DNA of 64,000 bases from Octopus sinensis (GCF_006345805.1 NW_021837026.1:1-64000); one strand, 5' to 3'; shown: positions 37,436 to 50,884, numbered from the stretch's first letter. Translations and numbers: made by a program. Notes: generated from the letters alone by a model not told the origin.

Positions 37436-38618
37436 ATAATTTCATTATTATTATTAGATCAGGGTGAAGTGTGGAGGAATGATAGTGACCAGAATGTAAG
37501 GAAGTGAAGGACCGGAAGTGGAAAAACACGATGTCATGTATCTTATTTTCTCTTGCTTTTCCCTCTGGCTGAGTAGACCTGTATCTCCCCTGTAGCAGCA
37601 GATGTGGGTGACATGCAACATATTTACATCTATACATATGTTGGCACAAACCGAAAAGATCCTTATCCATTTTATAGTGGAGCGACTATCATTGTGGAGC
37701 ACTGACTTAATGACACACTATAATTTCATCAGTATGAAAGAAAGAGGGGTCACCATCTTGTTCGTAACAACAAGAAAATAGAAGTTCACGAGACGTTTGT
37801 AATAAGTCATAACTTTTATCATTGGAGGTAATGTGTTAACATACAAGGTTAACTGAAGGAAAGCTTAAAACATTATATGAATACCGTAAATTCTCGAGTA
37901 TAATCCACACTTTTTTCCCCAAAATTTAAAGGTCAAAATCCCTAGTGCATACTATATACGAGGTTAAAAATGAAAAACATTTTCTAAGCAATGTTCGAGT
38001 CTCTGCTGTCCGGCAATGTTTATTTGATGCATTTTGTGATGTTGGGAGTGAAAATACGTTAAGCTAAGCCTGAAAGCAATGAAGTCATAAAAGAATCATC
38101 CATAACTTGCAGTAAGCAACATTTATTAAAATAAAAGCATTCAGAACATAGAATAACAAGTAAAAAAAACAATTTGCAAACCTATTTACATTCCCATATA
38201 ACAGTTAAGAACATCACCATTATTGTATTACGCATGCACGGAAGTGTTTGTTCGACTGGGTGCTGCTGGCTTAATTATGCATGGATTGTGCTTAATAGTT
38301 TAGCGCTAATAGTTCATCCTGCTGAATTTTTGGAAAGCATTCACATTTCATTTGAAAAACATGTCCTACCCATCTTCACTGAATCCTCATCAACATGCTT
38401 TGAATACTGGACATATCACATTTTTCTAAGATTTTTACATTCGATGTCTTATTTTGCCATTTGGTTGCATATGCTGTGGTGCATACACCACATTTGAAAG
38501 GTTTGGAGATTTTCTATTTCCCTATCGAAGTGAGTCCCTGCTTCTGCCCCAGACATAAACACACTCAAAATACGAGACTTGTATACACTTATTCTAGCTA
38601 TCAGACTGACATCCTGTC

Positions 38619-38653
<35 letters not shown>

Positions 38654-39585
38654 TTATATCAAATTACAAAATAAGAAAATGGAGGAACAGATTCATTTCA
38701 ATCATCAACTTCCAGATAATACCAATTCATATAATTTATTAATTAATTATTTAGGAACATCCAGATCAAACAGAATAAAACAGTACACATCAATGAGTAA
38801 GATAATACCATAAGAACAATACATATGAAGAAATATAAATATAAAAATATAAAATATATGTTCTTATGGTATTATATTACTCATTGATGTGTACTGTTTT
38901 ATTCTGTTTGATTTGGATGTTCCTAAATAATTAGTTAATAAATTGTATGAACTGGTATTATCTGGAAGTTGATGATTTATAGAAATCTACTCCTTCATTT
39001 TCTTATTTTGTATTATGAATTTGAGGTAAAACATTTTACCTTTGCCCATATAATACATGAATTAATTGCATTGCAATTCTGAACATTTATGTATTAGCCT
39101 TTCTGGGTACTTTACTGGCAGTATATTGGATAAATGATATCCCATAGTGGGTTACTCTCATAATGTACATAATTCCTAATCTCTCAAATATAGAACTACA
39201 CAATCCAGGTCTGACTGGAACATAGAGAAGCACTCTGGCTTGCCAGCACCTGTCACACTTTCCCATCCATGCCTGGATGGTAAAGGATGATGGAGATGAT
39301 GATGATGATCAAAACACAACAAAGACAAAATCAATGTCAATTAAAACTTTTATTCCTTATTCCCATTCCTTTATTCTCTCATAACAAATTCCTCAAAAGT
39401 CCAGCACAATCCTCTTCAGAAGTCAAAGTCATCTCTGTGTTGATATATTTAGATATATAAATGATATTGAAGTTGTGATTCATGAATTTCATGTTGACAT
39501 CCAAGAAACTGTATTTGATAATGTCAAGCTTGAAGAGGAATATACCCTGTCTTTTAGCAGACAAAATATTCATAATTGTTGTCCT

Positions 39586-39998
39586 CATCATCATTTAGCA
39601 TCCGCTTTCCATGCTAGCATGGGTTGGATGGTTCAACTGGGGTCTGGAAAGCCAGAAGACTGCACCAGGCCCAGTCTGATGTGGCAATGCCCTTCCTAAC
39701 GCCAACCACTCCGTGAGTGTAGCGGGTGCTTTTTACGTGCCACCGGCACGGGGGCCAGGCGAGACTGGCAAACGGCCATGATGGGATGGTGCTTTTTACG
39801 TGCCACCAGCACTGGTATCAAAGCTACAATTTCCATTGATGTTGATCGATTTCGATTTTCATTCTGATTCTCACTTGCCTCAACAGGTCTTCACATGTAG
39901 AGTTTTGTGTCTCTAGAAGGAAAGGTATGCATAAGTGGACTGGCTACATCCCAGGTAGAGACCATGGTTTATGGTCTCACTTGTCCTGCCGGGTTGTA
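39586..39998 (+). mobile_element. SINE family D inserted in the 3' UTR of G7
   Basis: Interrupts ATTGTTGTCCT|...|TGTAATAAATTTTG, which is contiguous behind G5. Confidence 0.75.
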
Positions 39999-40020
39999 AT
40001 AAATTTTGATATTGGTACGG

Positions 40021-41241
40021 TTACACGTGTGTATGAATACTCAGATGTGTACTTAAGTGGCGTTTTTGAGAGAATGACTCACCGCAAATATCACAATGAT
40101 ATGGTTTTTCACCTGTATGAATACGTTTGTGTTTAGGCAAATCACTACTGTGGGAGAATGATTTACCACAGATATCACACTGATATGGTTTCTCTCCTGT
40201 ATGACTACGTTTGTGACTGATTAAATTGCTATTATCAGAAAATGACTTACCACAGATATCACACTGATATGGTTTTTCCCCAGTATGAATACGTTTGTGA
40301 CCAGACAAATGACTACTTCTTGAGAATGATTTACCACAGATATTACAATGATATGGTTTCTCTCCTGTATGAATACGTAAGTGTCTGGTTAAAGGGCTAT
40401 TATCAGAGAATGATTCACCACAGATATCACAATGATATGGCTTCTCACCTGTATGAATACGTTTGTGCCCACTTAATGTAGAATGCTGGGAAAATGATTT
40501 ACCACAGATATCACAATGATATGGCTTCTCTCCTGTATGAATATGTAGGTGTCTGGTTAAATGGCTATTTTCAGAGAATGATTCACCACAGATATCACAA
40601 TGATATGGCTTCTCTCCTGTATGAATACGTCTGTGCCCATTTAAAGTAGAATTATGGGAAAATGATTTACCACAGATATCACACTGATATGGTTTTTCCC
40701 CAGTATGAATACGTATATGACTAGTCAAATGACTATTTCTAGTGAATGATTTACCACAGATATCACAATGATATGGTTTCTCACCCGTATGAATACGTTT
40801 GTGATCAATTAAAATGTTACTTCTAGAAAATGATTTACCACAAATATTACAATGATGTGGCTTTTCTCCTGTATGTGTACGTTTGTGTGTAGGTAAGTCA
40901 CCACTGGTAGAGAATGATTTACCACAGATATCACACTGATATGGTTTCTCTCCTGTATGAGTACGTTTGTGTTTAGGTAAGTCAGTACTTCGAGAAAATG
41001 ATTTACCACAGATATCACACTGATGCGGCTTTTCCCCAGTATGAATAAATTTGTGACGAGTTAAAGTGCTATTTTCAGAAAATGATTTACTACAGATATC
41101 ACACTGATATGGTTTTTCTCCAGTATGAACACGTCTGTGCCTACTTAAATTACCACTTTTAGAGAATGACTTACCACAAATATCACAGTGATATGGCTTC
41201 TCTCTTTTATCAGAGATTTTTGCTTTAGTTGAATTATTCAT
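40021..41241 (-). CDS. G7: C2H2 zinc-finger protein, 14 fingers
   Basis: Intact 406-aa [20 protein letters not shown]...IHTHV*. Confidence 0.93.
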   Translation of the reverse strand: MNNSTKAKISDKREKPYHCDICGKSFSKSGNLSRHRRVHTGEKPYQCDICSKSFSENSTLTRHKFIHTGEKPHQCDICGKSFSRSTDLPKHKRTHTGEKPYQCDICGKSFSTSGDLPTHKRTHTGEKPHHCNICGKSFSRSNILIDHKRIHTGEKPYHCDICGKSFTRNSHLTSHIRIHTGEKPYQCDICGKSFSHNSTLNGHRRIHTGEKPYHCDICGESFSENSHLTRHLHIHTGEKPYHCDICGKSFSQHSTLSGHKRIHTGEKPYHCDICGESFSDNSPLTRHLRIHTGEKPYHCNICGKSFSRSSHLSGHKRIHTGEKPYQCDICGKSFSDNSNLISHKRSHTGEKPYQCDICGKSFSHSSDLPKHKRIHTGEKPYHCDICGESFSQKRHLSTHLSIHTHV

Positions 41242-42239
41242 TATGAAAGAATAATTTCGTTAAACATATCACAATGAAAGTATCTGTTTCATTTCTATGA
41301 ATGTTTGTGTTCAAATGCATCAGAGAATAATTGAATGTTATGTTACTTTCATTGGTGACCTTACTTAATATCTAAAACAGAAGATATAAATTGGTAAATG
41401 CTTTTGTAAAGTTACTCAAACTTAACCTGTAGGTTCATCATCTCTACATTCCATATGGTAAAGACAAAAAAAATGTTGCTGTTAATTCCATTGTCCAGAA
41501 GAAATATTTCCCCATCGTTCGTCGAAGATTTTATTTATGTAAAGATGTTGATGTATTGATGAATGTGCCTTATAAATATATGGTCTTCCTTTAATTGATG
41601 AACATCAATAAAAATATCAGACACACATCTGAATGAAGAAGTTTCTTTTAAATCAACATGGAATGATATCCTGAAATAGGAAAGAAATTCATTTCTATGA
41701 ATATATTTGTGTTGTTATTTTCAGAGAATAATTTAATGCTATGCTTCTTTCATCTGAGATTTTGCTTAATATCTAAATCAAGAGGTGACAATTGTCTATG
41801 CCTTTGTAAAGTTATCAAAGCTTAATTAACCTGTAAAGCAATCATCTCCTCTATATTCCAGACAGCAAAGACTTCAAATTGTTGCTGTTAATTCCATCGC
41901 CCAGAAGAAGTATTTTGCTGTTGTTTTACACAGATTTCATTTATATGTTGAGTTTGATGTATTGATGCTCCTTATAAATATATCATCTTCCTTTCGTTAA
42001 TGGAAGCTGATAAAAATACCAGAGGCACATCTGAATGAAGAAATTTCTTTAACGTCAACATGATGTGATATTCTGAAATAAAAAAAGAAGCAGTGAGATA
42101 AAGAGAATCATTAAATGGCATAGTAATTCAACATTGCAAATCTTACAACATCAACACTGTCATCCATTTAATGTCTATGCTTACACGAATTGGAGTTTAT
42201 TCGGGTACTGAAACTTTTACAACATTCTACACTTTTTAC

Positions 42240-42632
42240 ACTTTTACTTGTTTCAGTCATGTGACTGCAGCCATGCTGGAGCACCGCCTTTAGTCAAGCA
42301 AATCGAATCCAGGACTTATTCTTTATAAGCCTAGTACTTATTTATCAGTCTCTTTTGCCCAACCGCTAAGTTACGGGGACGTAAACACACCAGCATCGGT
42401 TGTCAAGCAATGCCAGAGAGACAAACACAGACACACAAACATACACACACATATATATACATATATACGACAGGCTTCTTTCAGTTTCCGTCTACCAAAT
42501 CCACTCACAAGGCATTGGTCGACCCAAGGCTATAGTAGAACACACTTGCCCAAGGTGCCACGCAGTGGGATTGAATTTGGTACCAAGTGGTTGGTAAGCA
42601 AGCTACTTACTACACAGCCACTCCTACGCCTA
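42240..42632 (-). mobile_element. SINE family A
   Basis: Full-length reverse copy. Confidence 0.85.
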
Positions 42633-42689
42633 TTCATTATTTTGAATTAGGAGTGGCTGTGTGGTATTTAAACAACAACAAAAAACAAA

Positions 42690-43085
42690 AGTAGACACCC
42701 ATAAAATTATCAACCATTTTACAAACAATAACTCTGAGCACCTTTTCAAACTCCATCTGTCTAACACCCGTGGATATGTTTACAAAGTCAGAAAACAGCA
42801 CAGCTCCCATGACTTTCGGAAACATTTTTTCATGCTAAGAGTTGCTGAAGCATGGAACAAACTGCCGGCATCAGTTGTTAGTTGTCGGAGCACTGCATCC
42901 TTCAAAACTTCCATGCTTCCTGAGATTCGCCAACACTACACCTGATTTTCTCCCCTCCATACACACAGGCTAACATGTATCTGACTCATACACTGTTCAC
43001 TTCCCAGACATTTGTACATTACTGCATATGCTTTATATGCACTTTCTGACAAGTTGTGGTGCATCTGAGCACTGTATACAATAAT
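42690..43085 (+). mobile_element. CR1-clade LINE 3' end
   Basis: DTHKIINHFTNNNSEHLFKLHLSNTRGYVYKVRKQ...RVAEAWNKLPASVV. Confidence 0.8.
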
Positions 43086-43292
43086 TTCATGATTATTATA
43101 AATAATTTGAGAAATGCAGGGAAATCTATATACAGAATAGGCGCAGGAGCATTCTACAGCTGGATGCCCTTCCTGTTGCCAATCCTGACCTCTTCCCAAG
43201 TAAAATGATATTCCACCAAGTTCAAACATATTTACACGGAATATTGCAAAGAAAGGACATCGCTTGCATGATGGTGACACTCACTGACAAGC

Positions 43293-45400
43293 GGCGATCC
43301 TTCGGTATAGGTTCTGGAAGTGGCTTTGTTTACATTTCTGGAGATAACAGAAACCCTTTTCTCCCACCCCTAACACAAACCTTAACCATGACCCCCCCCT
43401 TATATATAAAAAAAACAACACTTTTTTTAAATGTATCTGGTACTTCCGGTGGTTAATATAGGGCGTAACAAATATCAGAAAATCAAAAAAAAAATGTGTG
43501 TAATAGGTGTAAAACAACTGCCTATGAACGAATATGAAAAAAAAAAATTCGCGCACGCGAAAGGGGGGTGGGGGAGAGGCCTCGGAAAATTCACATCGGG
43601 AAGTTCCGAAAGCGTCTGAGGAGCTGACCCGGGCACCAAAACAAAAAAAAATAGTGTAATATGTGTAAAACAACTTGCTCTAAACGAATATGACACAAAA
43701 AAATGCGCTCTCGCGAAAGAGGGGTGGGGGAGAGGCCTCGGAATATTTATATCGGGAATTTCCGAAAGCGTCTGAACCGGGCACAAAAACAAAAACAAAA
43801 ACAGCGTAATAGGTGTAAAACAACTTGCTCTAAACGACTATCATGAAAAAAATGCGTGCTCGCGAAAGGGGGGTGGGGGAGAGGCTTTGGAAATTTCACA
43901 TCTTCAGTCCACGGCCTTTAAACTAAGAAAAAATAGTGTAATTGGTGTAAAACTACTTGTTCTAAACGAGTATCAAGAACACACACTCACACATGAATCA
44001 TAAACTCCGTATTTCGCAAAAAAAAAAAATAAAGAGAAGAAATTCTGGAAAAAGTGAAGAAATGTTGGATCTCATTCCTTGGTTAAAGCTATTTTAAACA
44101 TTAAATTTATGCTTTTCTTTGAAATAGTTCAGATATATGCAATTCTTCTCACTTATTAAGATGCATTTATCAGAAAAAAAGAGACAGAAAAATTATTATT
44201 TTGTGTCAATCCTTCCCTAATTATCCTTTATTAATTAGTTTTGGCGTGTATTTTTTTCCCAAATTTATTTTTTCACCTTTACAACACTGTTTAGTAAAGC
44301 AACTATTTATCTTTATAATTTGCATATTTGACTTATTAATCAAAATTCTCTACATGTAATATATACTAAGTAATGCAACCTTCATTTATGTGTTCCGTTC
44401 TGTATTATGCATGCGTGACTGTTTGTATGTAAGTGTGTTTAACTGTGCACATGAATGTGAATATTAAAGAACATATTTATTTACTATGATTGTTATTTTC
44501 AGAACAAATAAATCTTTTGGCTGTTATGTTATTGATGTTATTATTATTGCTAGTTAAAGGGTGGTGACTTGGCTGAATATTTTGAGTCTTGTAGTATGTA
44601 GTTGTGTTAGTCAATATTCTGAGTTCAAATCCAACTCATTTCTTTATCATCATTATCGATGGACCACTCAAAGAGGTATGTATACATTATCATTTTCGTA
44701 ACATAATTTCTGTAGTATTTCAAGATGTTTCTGACACGTATTTTGATTCACATGGTGGAGATCCAACATTTCTTCACTTTTTCCAGAATTTCTTCTCTTT
44801 ATTTTATTTTTTTGCGAAATACGGAGTTTATGATTCATGTGTGAGTGTGTGTTCTTGATACTCGTTTAGAACAAGTAGTTTTACACCAATTACACTATTT
44901 TTTCTTAGTTTAAAGGCCGTGGACTGAAGATGGGAAATTTCCGAAGCCTCTCCCCCACCCCCCTTTCGCGAGCGCGCATTTTTTTCATGATAGTCGTTTA
45001 GAGCAAGTTGTTTTACACCTATTACGCTGTTTTTGTTTTTGTGCCCGGTTCAGACGCTTTCGGAAATTCCCGATATAAATATTCCGAGGACTCTCCCCCA
45101 CCCCTCTTTCTCGAGAGCGCATTTTTTTTTCATATTCGTTTAGAGCAAGTTGTTTTACACATATTACACTGTTTTTTTTTTGTTTTGGTGCCCGGGTCAG
45201 CCCCTCAGACGCTTTCGGAACTTCCCGATGTGAATTTTCCGAGGCCTCTCCCCCACCCCCCTTTCGCGTGCGCGAATTTTTTTTTTCATATTCGTTCATA
45301 GGAAGTTGTTTTACACCTATTACACACATTTTTTTTTTGATTTTCTGATATTTGTTACGCCCTATATTAACCCTTCCGGTACCTGTACCGAAGTTACGCC
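43293..45400. mobile_element. GGCG-terminal MITE hosting a nested foldback element
   Basis: Left end GGCGATCCTTCGGTATAGGTTCTGGAAG; right end reverse complement GGCGTAACTTCGGTACAGGTACCGGAAG. A related left end is at 55196. Confidence 0.7.
43451..45372. mobile_element. Foldback element, TIRs of about 620 bp, 8-bp TSD (Merlin-like)
   Basis: TSD CTTCCGGT at 43443-43450 and 45373-45380. Termini GGTTAATATAGGG / CCCTATATTAACC. TIRs 43451-44073 and 44758-45372 contain about 120-bp subrepeats; the AT-rich interior has no ORF. Confidence 0.9.
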
Positions 45401-45680
45401 AATTTTTTTAAACAAAGTAAATAAAACAAAAATACAAAGTAAGGATCGACTGGTCACGACTAGCTAGCGCGGATGCGCGACTACGCGCGCCGAGACCCCT
45501 CTTCTTAAATAGTACTCTTACATTCGCGAGTGCCCGTTCTCCGTATTTTATTTTTCAGTATAAAATATTTAAAAAATAGATTAATCTGTCTAATTTCATC
45601 CATACTTTGTGTATTCTGGATATATTTCCCATTTCGTAACTTTTTTTTGACAAGTAAGGGTTATCTTGGTGAGGTGTGCC

Positions 45681-45898
45681 GTACTACTAGCGAACAGTGG
45701 TCCCGGTGCGCGCACTCGCGTATCCGTTCTACCTAGTCATATGTAGTGAATCATGCAACGACTTTTTAACCCTAATCTTAGTTTGTTTACAAAAATAATG
45801 TATTTACTTGGTTTAAAAAATTGTAGGATCGACTACTTACGACTAGCTAGCGCGGATGTACGAGTGCGCGCACCGGGACCACTGTTCGCTAGTAGTAC
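45681..45898. mobile_element. CpG-rich MITE with a TIR of about 45 bp
   Basis: GTACTACTAGCGAACAGTGGTCCCGGTGCGCGCACTCG and its reverse complement; related to 15790-16650 and 45440-45520. Confidence 0.75.
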
Positions 45899-46147
45899 CT
45901 TATCATTATTGGTATTATCATCATCATTATAGCCTTAAAGAAAATCTTTGTCAACTTACCGTATTCAGATACAAACAACGAGTCAGTGATCGGTAATTAA
46001 GCACCTTAATTAATTAATTAAGGCAAGTTATATCCCTTTATAGGGTTGTAGTACTTCAATTTTCTATGACTGGTCCGTTTCGTTCCGGTGTCTTCTTTGT
46101 CCCATTCCGTCAACGATTTTACCTTCAAGGTAATATAGAATATATAC

Positions 46148-46310
46148 ACTCACATACTCTAATCTACGACCGTTTCCAGCGCACGAACTGGACCCCGTCG
46201 CAGACACCGAAAGAAATAAGACATCTTTGACTTATATCTTCCTGATGTGACGTCAGGCCGTTGCACTTCCGATCCGTTTCTGACGTCATTTTCTCTCCTG
46301 TCCAATCATT
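46148..46310. promoter_or_regulatory. Candidate promoter core in the G7/G8 divergent spacer
   Basis: TGACGTCA at 46248 and 46281, ACTTCCG at 46265, CCAAT at 46302; minus-strand donor-like GTGAGT at 46153-46148. Confidence 0.5.
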
Positions 46311-46365
46311 GTCCTTCCTTCACACTTCTCTCTCATCTAAAGAACAATGCTTGGATACCTTTTGG

Positions 46366-46771
46366 GGATCTTTTCGGTTTGACCGGCAGTTTTTTAAAAT
46401 AATTTCCACGTAACTAAACACTTTTAAACTTCGTATACTGGTAGAATGTGTTCATAAAACATCTTTTTCTCTTGGCTTTATTGAGAAAATTCTGTAGTTT
46501 GTAAGCTATTTGTTGGTTTTTTGTCTTCAATTTCTGCAATTTCAACCAATCAATGGCATCTATTGAGGTGAAAACATTCTGTGCCGTATGAATGTCCCTC
46601 GTTTAAGAAACAGATTGGGTTTATTTACATTCCTGAAGAAAAAAAGATACCCTTTCCCCCCACCCCTAACCCTAAAACAGATTGAAATGCAATCGATACT
46701 AGGGTCATAATTATGGGTGACAATTTCATATGACACCATTTGGAAAACTGCCGGTCAAACGGAAAAGATCC
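46366..46771. mobile_element. GGATC-TIR MITE
   Basis: Both TIRs present; no TSD match. Confidence 0.85.
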
Positions 46772-47136
46772 GGTGCTTGTGCCTAAAATTGAGAAGAATA
46801 TATGGTTAGGTAAAGGGAGATAATTAGTCTTTGATGTCTTATTTCATGAGACGCATGCGCATTGGACGTGGTTCCTACTTGATGTTGACTTCCGTGTCAA
46901 AGGTCCTTTGAATGAATTTCTTTTAATCAGCTGATAATAATAATACGTTTATAATACTTAAAATACGTACTTATAATGCATTTCTCAACTGACATATACA
47001 CACATATATAAACAACACAGTCCTTTATGAAACATTTGCGTAAGTATTAAACAATGAAAAAATTCAACGTTTTTTAATTCTGGAGACTTTCGGTTTTTGG
47101 CGCCTGAATTCTTTGTGTCTTTTCTGTGTTTTATGA

Positions 47137-47795
47137 ATGAGAGATGTCCTTGATTTGTGCGGGATTTGGCTGCTATATCTAGCTATGGGAGAGAGATGTC
47201 CTTGATTTGTGCGGGATTTGGCTGCTATTTCTAACTATGGAAGAGCGATGACTATGAATTGTATTAGATTTGGCTGCTATTTCTAGCTATGGAAGAGACA
47301 TCTTTTGGCGCCACAATTCTTTGTGTCTTTTCTGTGTTTTACGAATGAGAGATGTCCTTGATTTGTGCGGGATTTGGCTGCTATTTCTAGCAACGGAAGA
47401 GATTCAATGATTTGTGCGATATTTGGTTGACATTTGTAAATGTGAAAGAAAAATGCTTTCGATTTGTGCGGGATTTGGCTGCTGTTTCTAACTATGGAAG
47501 AGATATTCAATGATTTGTACGATATTTGGTTGATATTTCCAGCTGTGAAAGAAAAATGTTTTTGATTTGTGCGGGATTTGACTGCTATTTCTAGCGATGG
47601 GAGACAGATATCTATGAATTGTGCGGGATTTGCTGCTTTTTCTAGCTATGGGAGACAGATGACTATGAATTGTGCGAGATTTGGCTGTTATTTCTAGCTA
47701 TGGGAGACAGATGTCTATGAATTGTGCGGGATTTGGCTGCTTTTTCTAGCTATGGGAGAGAGATATCCTTGATTTATGCAGGATTTGGCTGCTAT
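47137..47795. repeat. Degenerate minisatellite, unit about 52 bp
   Basis: Unit approximately GATTTGTGCGGGATTTGGCTGCTATTTCTAGCTATGGGAGAGAGATGTCCTT. Confidence 0.8.
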
Positions 47796-48011
47796 GGAAG
47801 CTACCTTCTGCCCTCTCCGTAGTTGCATGTTTTAGTTTGAGAAATATTCTCAAATACACTCCAACCACTGAAATGTTCGGAAACCGATACTTTATTTTAA
47901 TTTATCGATTGTTTCTCAGTATTACTATCGATCTAAATGGTAATGTGTTTCCTCATAACTTTCAGAAAGTACCTTTTCATATTCTGTGGATAAGGATTAT
48001 ATAGGAATTTG

Positions 48012-48271
48012 GGCAATCTTACGGTTCTAGTATATTTTACGTCGACTGACCACGTGTTTATATATGATCGTCGATTTCCGTTAAAACACTTTTATTTTTT
48101 TACATATGGGGTTGGGGGTAATGGGATCGTTAGGGTTAGGACCCTAACCCCAAAGATCCCATTTCCCCCCAATCCCATATGTAAAAAAATAAAAGTTTTT
48201 GTCGGAAATCGACGATCATATATAAACACGTGGTCAGTCGACGTAAAATATACTAGAACCGTAAGATTGCC
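48012..48271. mobile_element. Near-perfect palindromic MITE, 260 bp, 8-bp TSD
   Basis: TSD GGAATTTG at 48004-48011 and 48272-48279; TIR GGCAATCTTACGGTTCTAGTATATTTTACGTCGACTGACCACGTG... Confidence 0.92.
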
Positions 48272-48962
48272 GGAATTTGATGTGAAAAGAAAAGTACAAC
48301 TGAATGAAGGTTGCGGATAATTTACACGTCGAATTATGTTCATCACGTATTTGAAAAAGATGGGGTGGCCAATTGTGAAAAAGTTACAAAAATCTGATTT
48401 CCACCTGCTTTTAAGACACCGAACACCATTGCAATTCTTGGGTGTAGTTTAGTATGGTACTATTAGCCTTGTGCCTAGAGTAGAAATGAATATTGGCAAT
48501 GTTGAATTGCTATGTCATTTAACTATCCTCTTTATCTCAGTGACTCTTTTCTTTTATTTCAGAATATCACATTCTGTTGACATAAAAGAAATTACTTCAT
48601 CCAGATGTGCCTTTGATAGTTTTATCAACTTTTATTGACTAAAGGAAGACGATATATTTATCAGAAGCATTCATCAATACATCTACGTTTTTATATAAAG
48701 AAAGTCTATGACAAAATATTGCGAAATATTTCTTCTGGACGATGGAATTAACAGCAACAATTTGAAGTCTTTGCTGTCTGGAATATAGAGGAGATGATTG
48801 TTTTACAGGTTAATTAAGCTTGGATAACTTTACAAAGGTGTAGACAATTGTCACCTTTTGATTTAGATCTCAGCTGAAAGAAACGGCATTAAATTATTCC
48901 CCAAAAATAGTGACAAAACTGAACACAAACATTCTCATAGAAATAAAATAAACACTATCAAT

Positions 48963-50884
48963 GTGATATTTATGACAGATTATCCTCTCATAATGAATCC
49001 TTTAACTGAAGCAAACAACCCTGATACAGGTGAGAAACCATATCACTCTACTACCTGCAGTGTATCATTCTGTCAGAGTGGTGTCTTGACTATAGATGAA
49101 CCTTCACATACTGGGGAAAAACCATATCCATGTGATATCTGTGGTAAATCATTCTCTCAAAGGAGTAACTTGACGCAACACTTATATACTCATACAGGAG
49201 AAAAGCCATATCATTGTGATATCTGTGCTAAATCATTCTCTCAAAGGAGTAACTTGACACAACACTTTTATACACATAGAGGAGAAAAGTCATATAATTG
49301 TGATATTTGTGGTAAATCATTCTCTCGTAGTACTTACTTAACTAAGCACATCCGTACACATACGGAGGAGAAGCCCTATCGTTGTGATATCTGTGGTAAA
49401 TCATTCTCTCAAACTGGTAACTTGACTAAACACAAAGTTACACATACAGGAGACAAGCCATATCATTGTGATATTTGTGGTAAATCATTCTCTCAGAGTG
49501 GTCATTTGACTAAACACAAACTTATACATACAGGCGAGAAGGCGTATTATTGTGAAATTTGTGGTAAATCATTCTCTACGAGTGGGGACTTGAGTAGACA
49601 CAAACTTACACATACAGGAAAAAAGCCATATCATTGTGATATCTGTAGTAAATCATTCTCTCAAAATTGTAATTTAAATGACCACAAACGTAGACATACA
49701 GGAGAAAGACCATATCATTGTGATATCTGTGGTAAATCATTCTCTAGGAGTGGTGATTTGACTACTCACAGACGTATTCATACGGGAGAGAAGCCATATC
49801 ACTGTGATGTCTGTGGTAAATCATTCTCTTGTAGTAGTTACTTAAGCATGCACAAACTTACACATACAGGAGAGAAGCCATATCGTTGTGGTATTTGTGG
49901 TAAATCTTTCTCTCAAGGTAGTCATTTGACTAAACACAAACTTACACATACAGGTGAGAAGGCGTATCATTGTGATATTTGTGGCAAATCATTCTCTGAA
50001 GGTGGTCACTTGACCACACACAAACGTGTTCATACCGGAGAGAAGCCATATCACTGTGATATCTGTGGTAAATCATTCTCTCAAAGTAGTATTTTAACTG
50101 GCCACAAACGTAGACATACAGGGGAAAGACCATATCGTTGTGATATCTGTGATAAATCATTTTCTAGAAGTGGTGAATTGACTAATCACAAACTTACGCA
50201 TACAGGAGAAAAACCATTTCAGTGCGATATTGTGATAAATCTTTCTCTTGTAGTAGTTATTTAAGCAAGCACAAATATACACATACAGGAGAGAAGCCAT
50301 ATCATTGTGATATTTGTGGTAAATCATTCTCTCAGAATGTTCATTTGACTAAACATAAACTTACACATACAGGCGAGAAGCCATATCATTGTGATATTTG
50401 TGGCAGATCGTTCTCTGAAGGTGGTCAATTGACCAGACACAAACGTACACATACAGGAGAGAAGCCATATCACTGTGATATCTGTGGTAAATCATTCTCT
50501 CAAAGTAGTATTTTAACAGGCCACAAACGTAGACATACAGGGGAAAGACCATATCATTGTGATATCTGTGGTAAATCATTTTCTAGAAGTGGTGATGTGA
50601 CTAGACACAAACGTACGCATACGGGAGTGAAGCCATACCATTGTGAAATCTGTGGTAAATCATTCTCTCAAAGTATTATTTTAACTGACCACAAACGTAC
50701 ACATACAGGTGAGAAACCACACCATTGTGATACCTGTGGTAAATCATACTTTAGAAATAGTCAGTTGACTATTCACAAACGTGTTCATACGGGAGAGAAG
50801 CCATATCATTGTGACATCTGTGGTGAATCATTCCCTCAAAAAGGTCACTTAAGTAGACATTTGAGTATTCATACACAAGCGTAA
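48963..50884 (+). CDS. G8: 21-finger C2H2 gene interrupted by one 1-bp frameshift near 50230
   Basis: ORFs 48963-50264 and 50222-50884 overlap; GAT ATT GT lacks one T of ATT TGT. First ATG 48972, conserved ATG 48993; ends IHTQA*. Confidence 0.8.

Noticed and set aside
44074-44757. Possible transposase inside the foldback element
   Set aside because: AT-rich interior with no long ORF or DDE-like motif.
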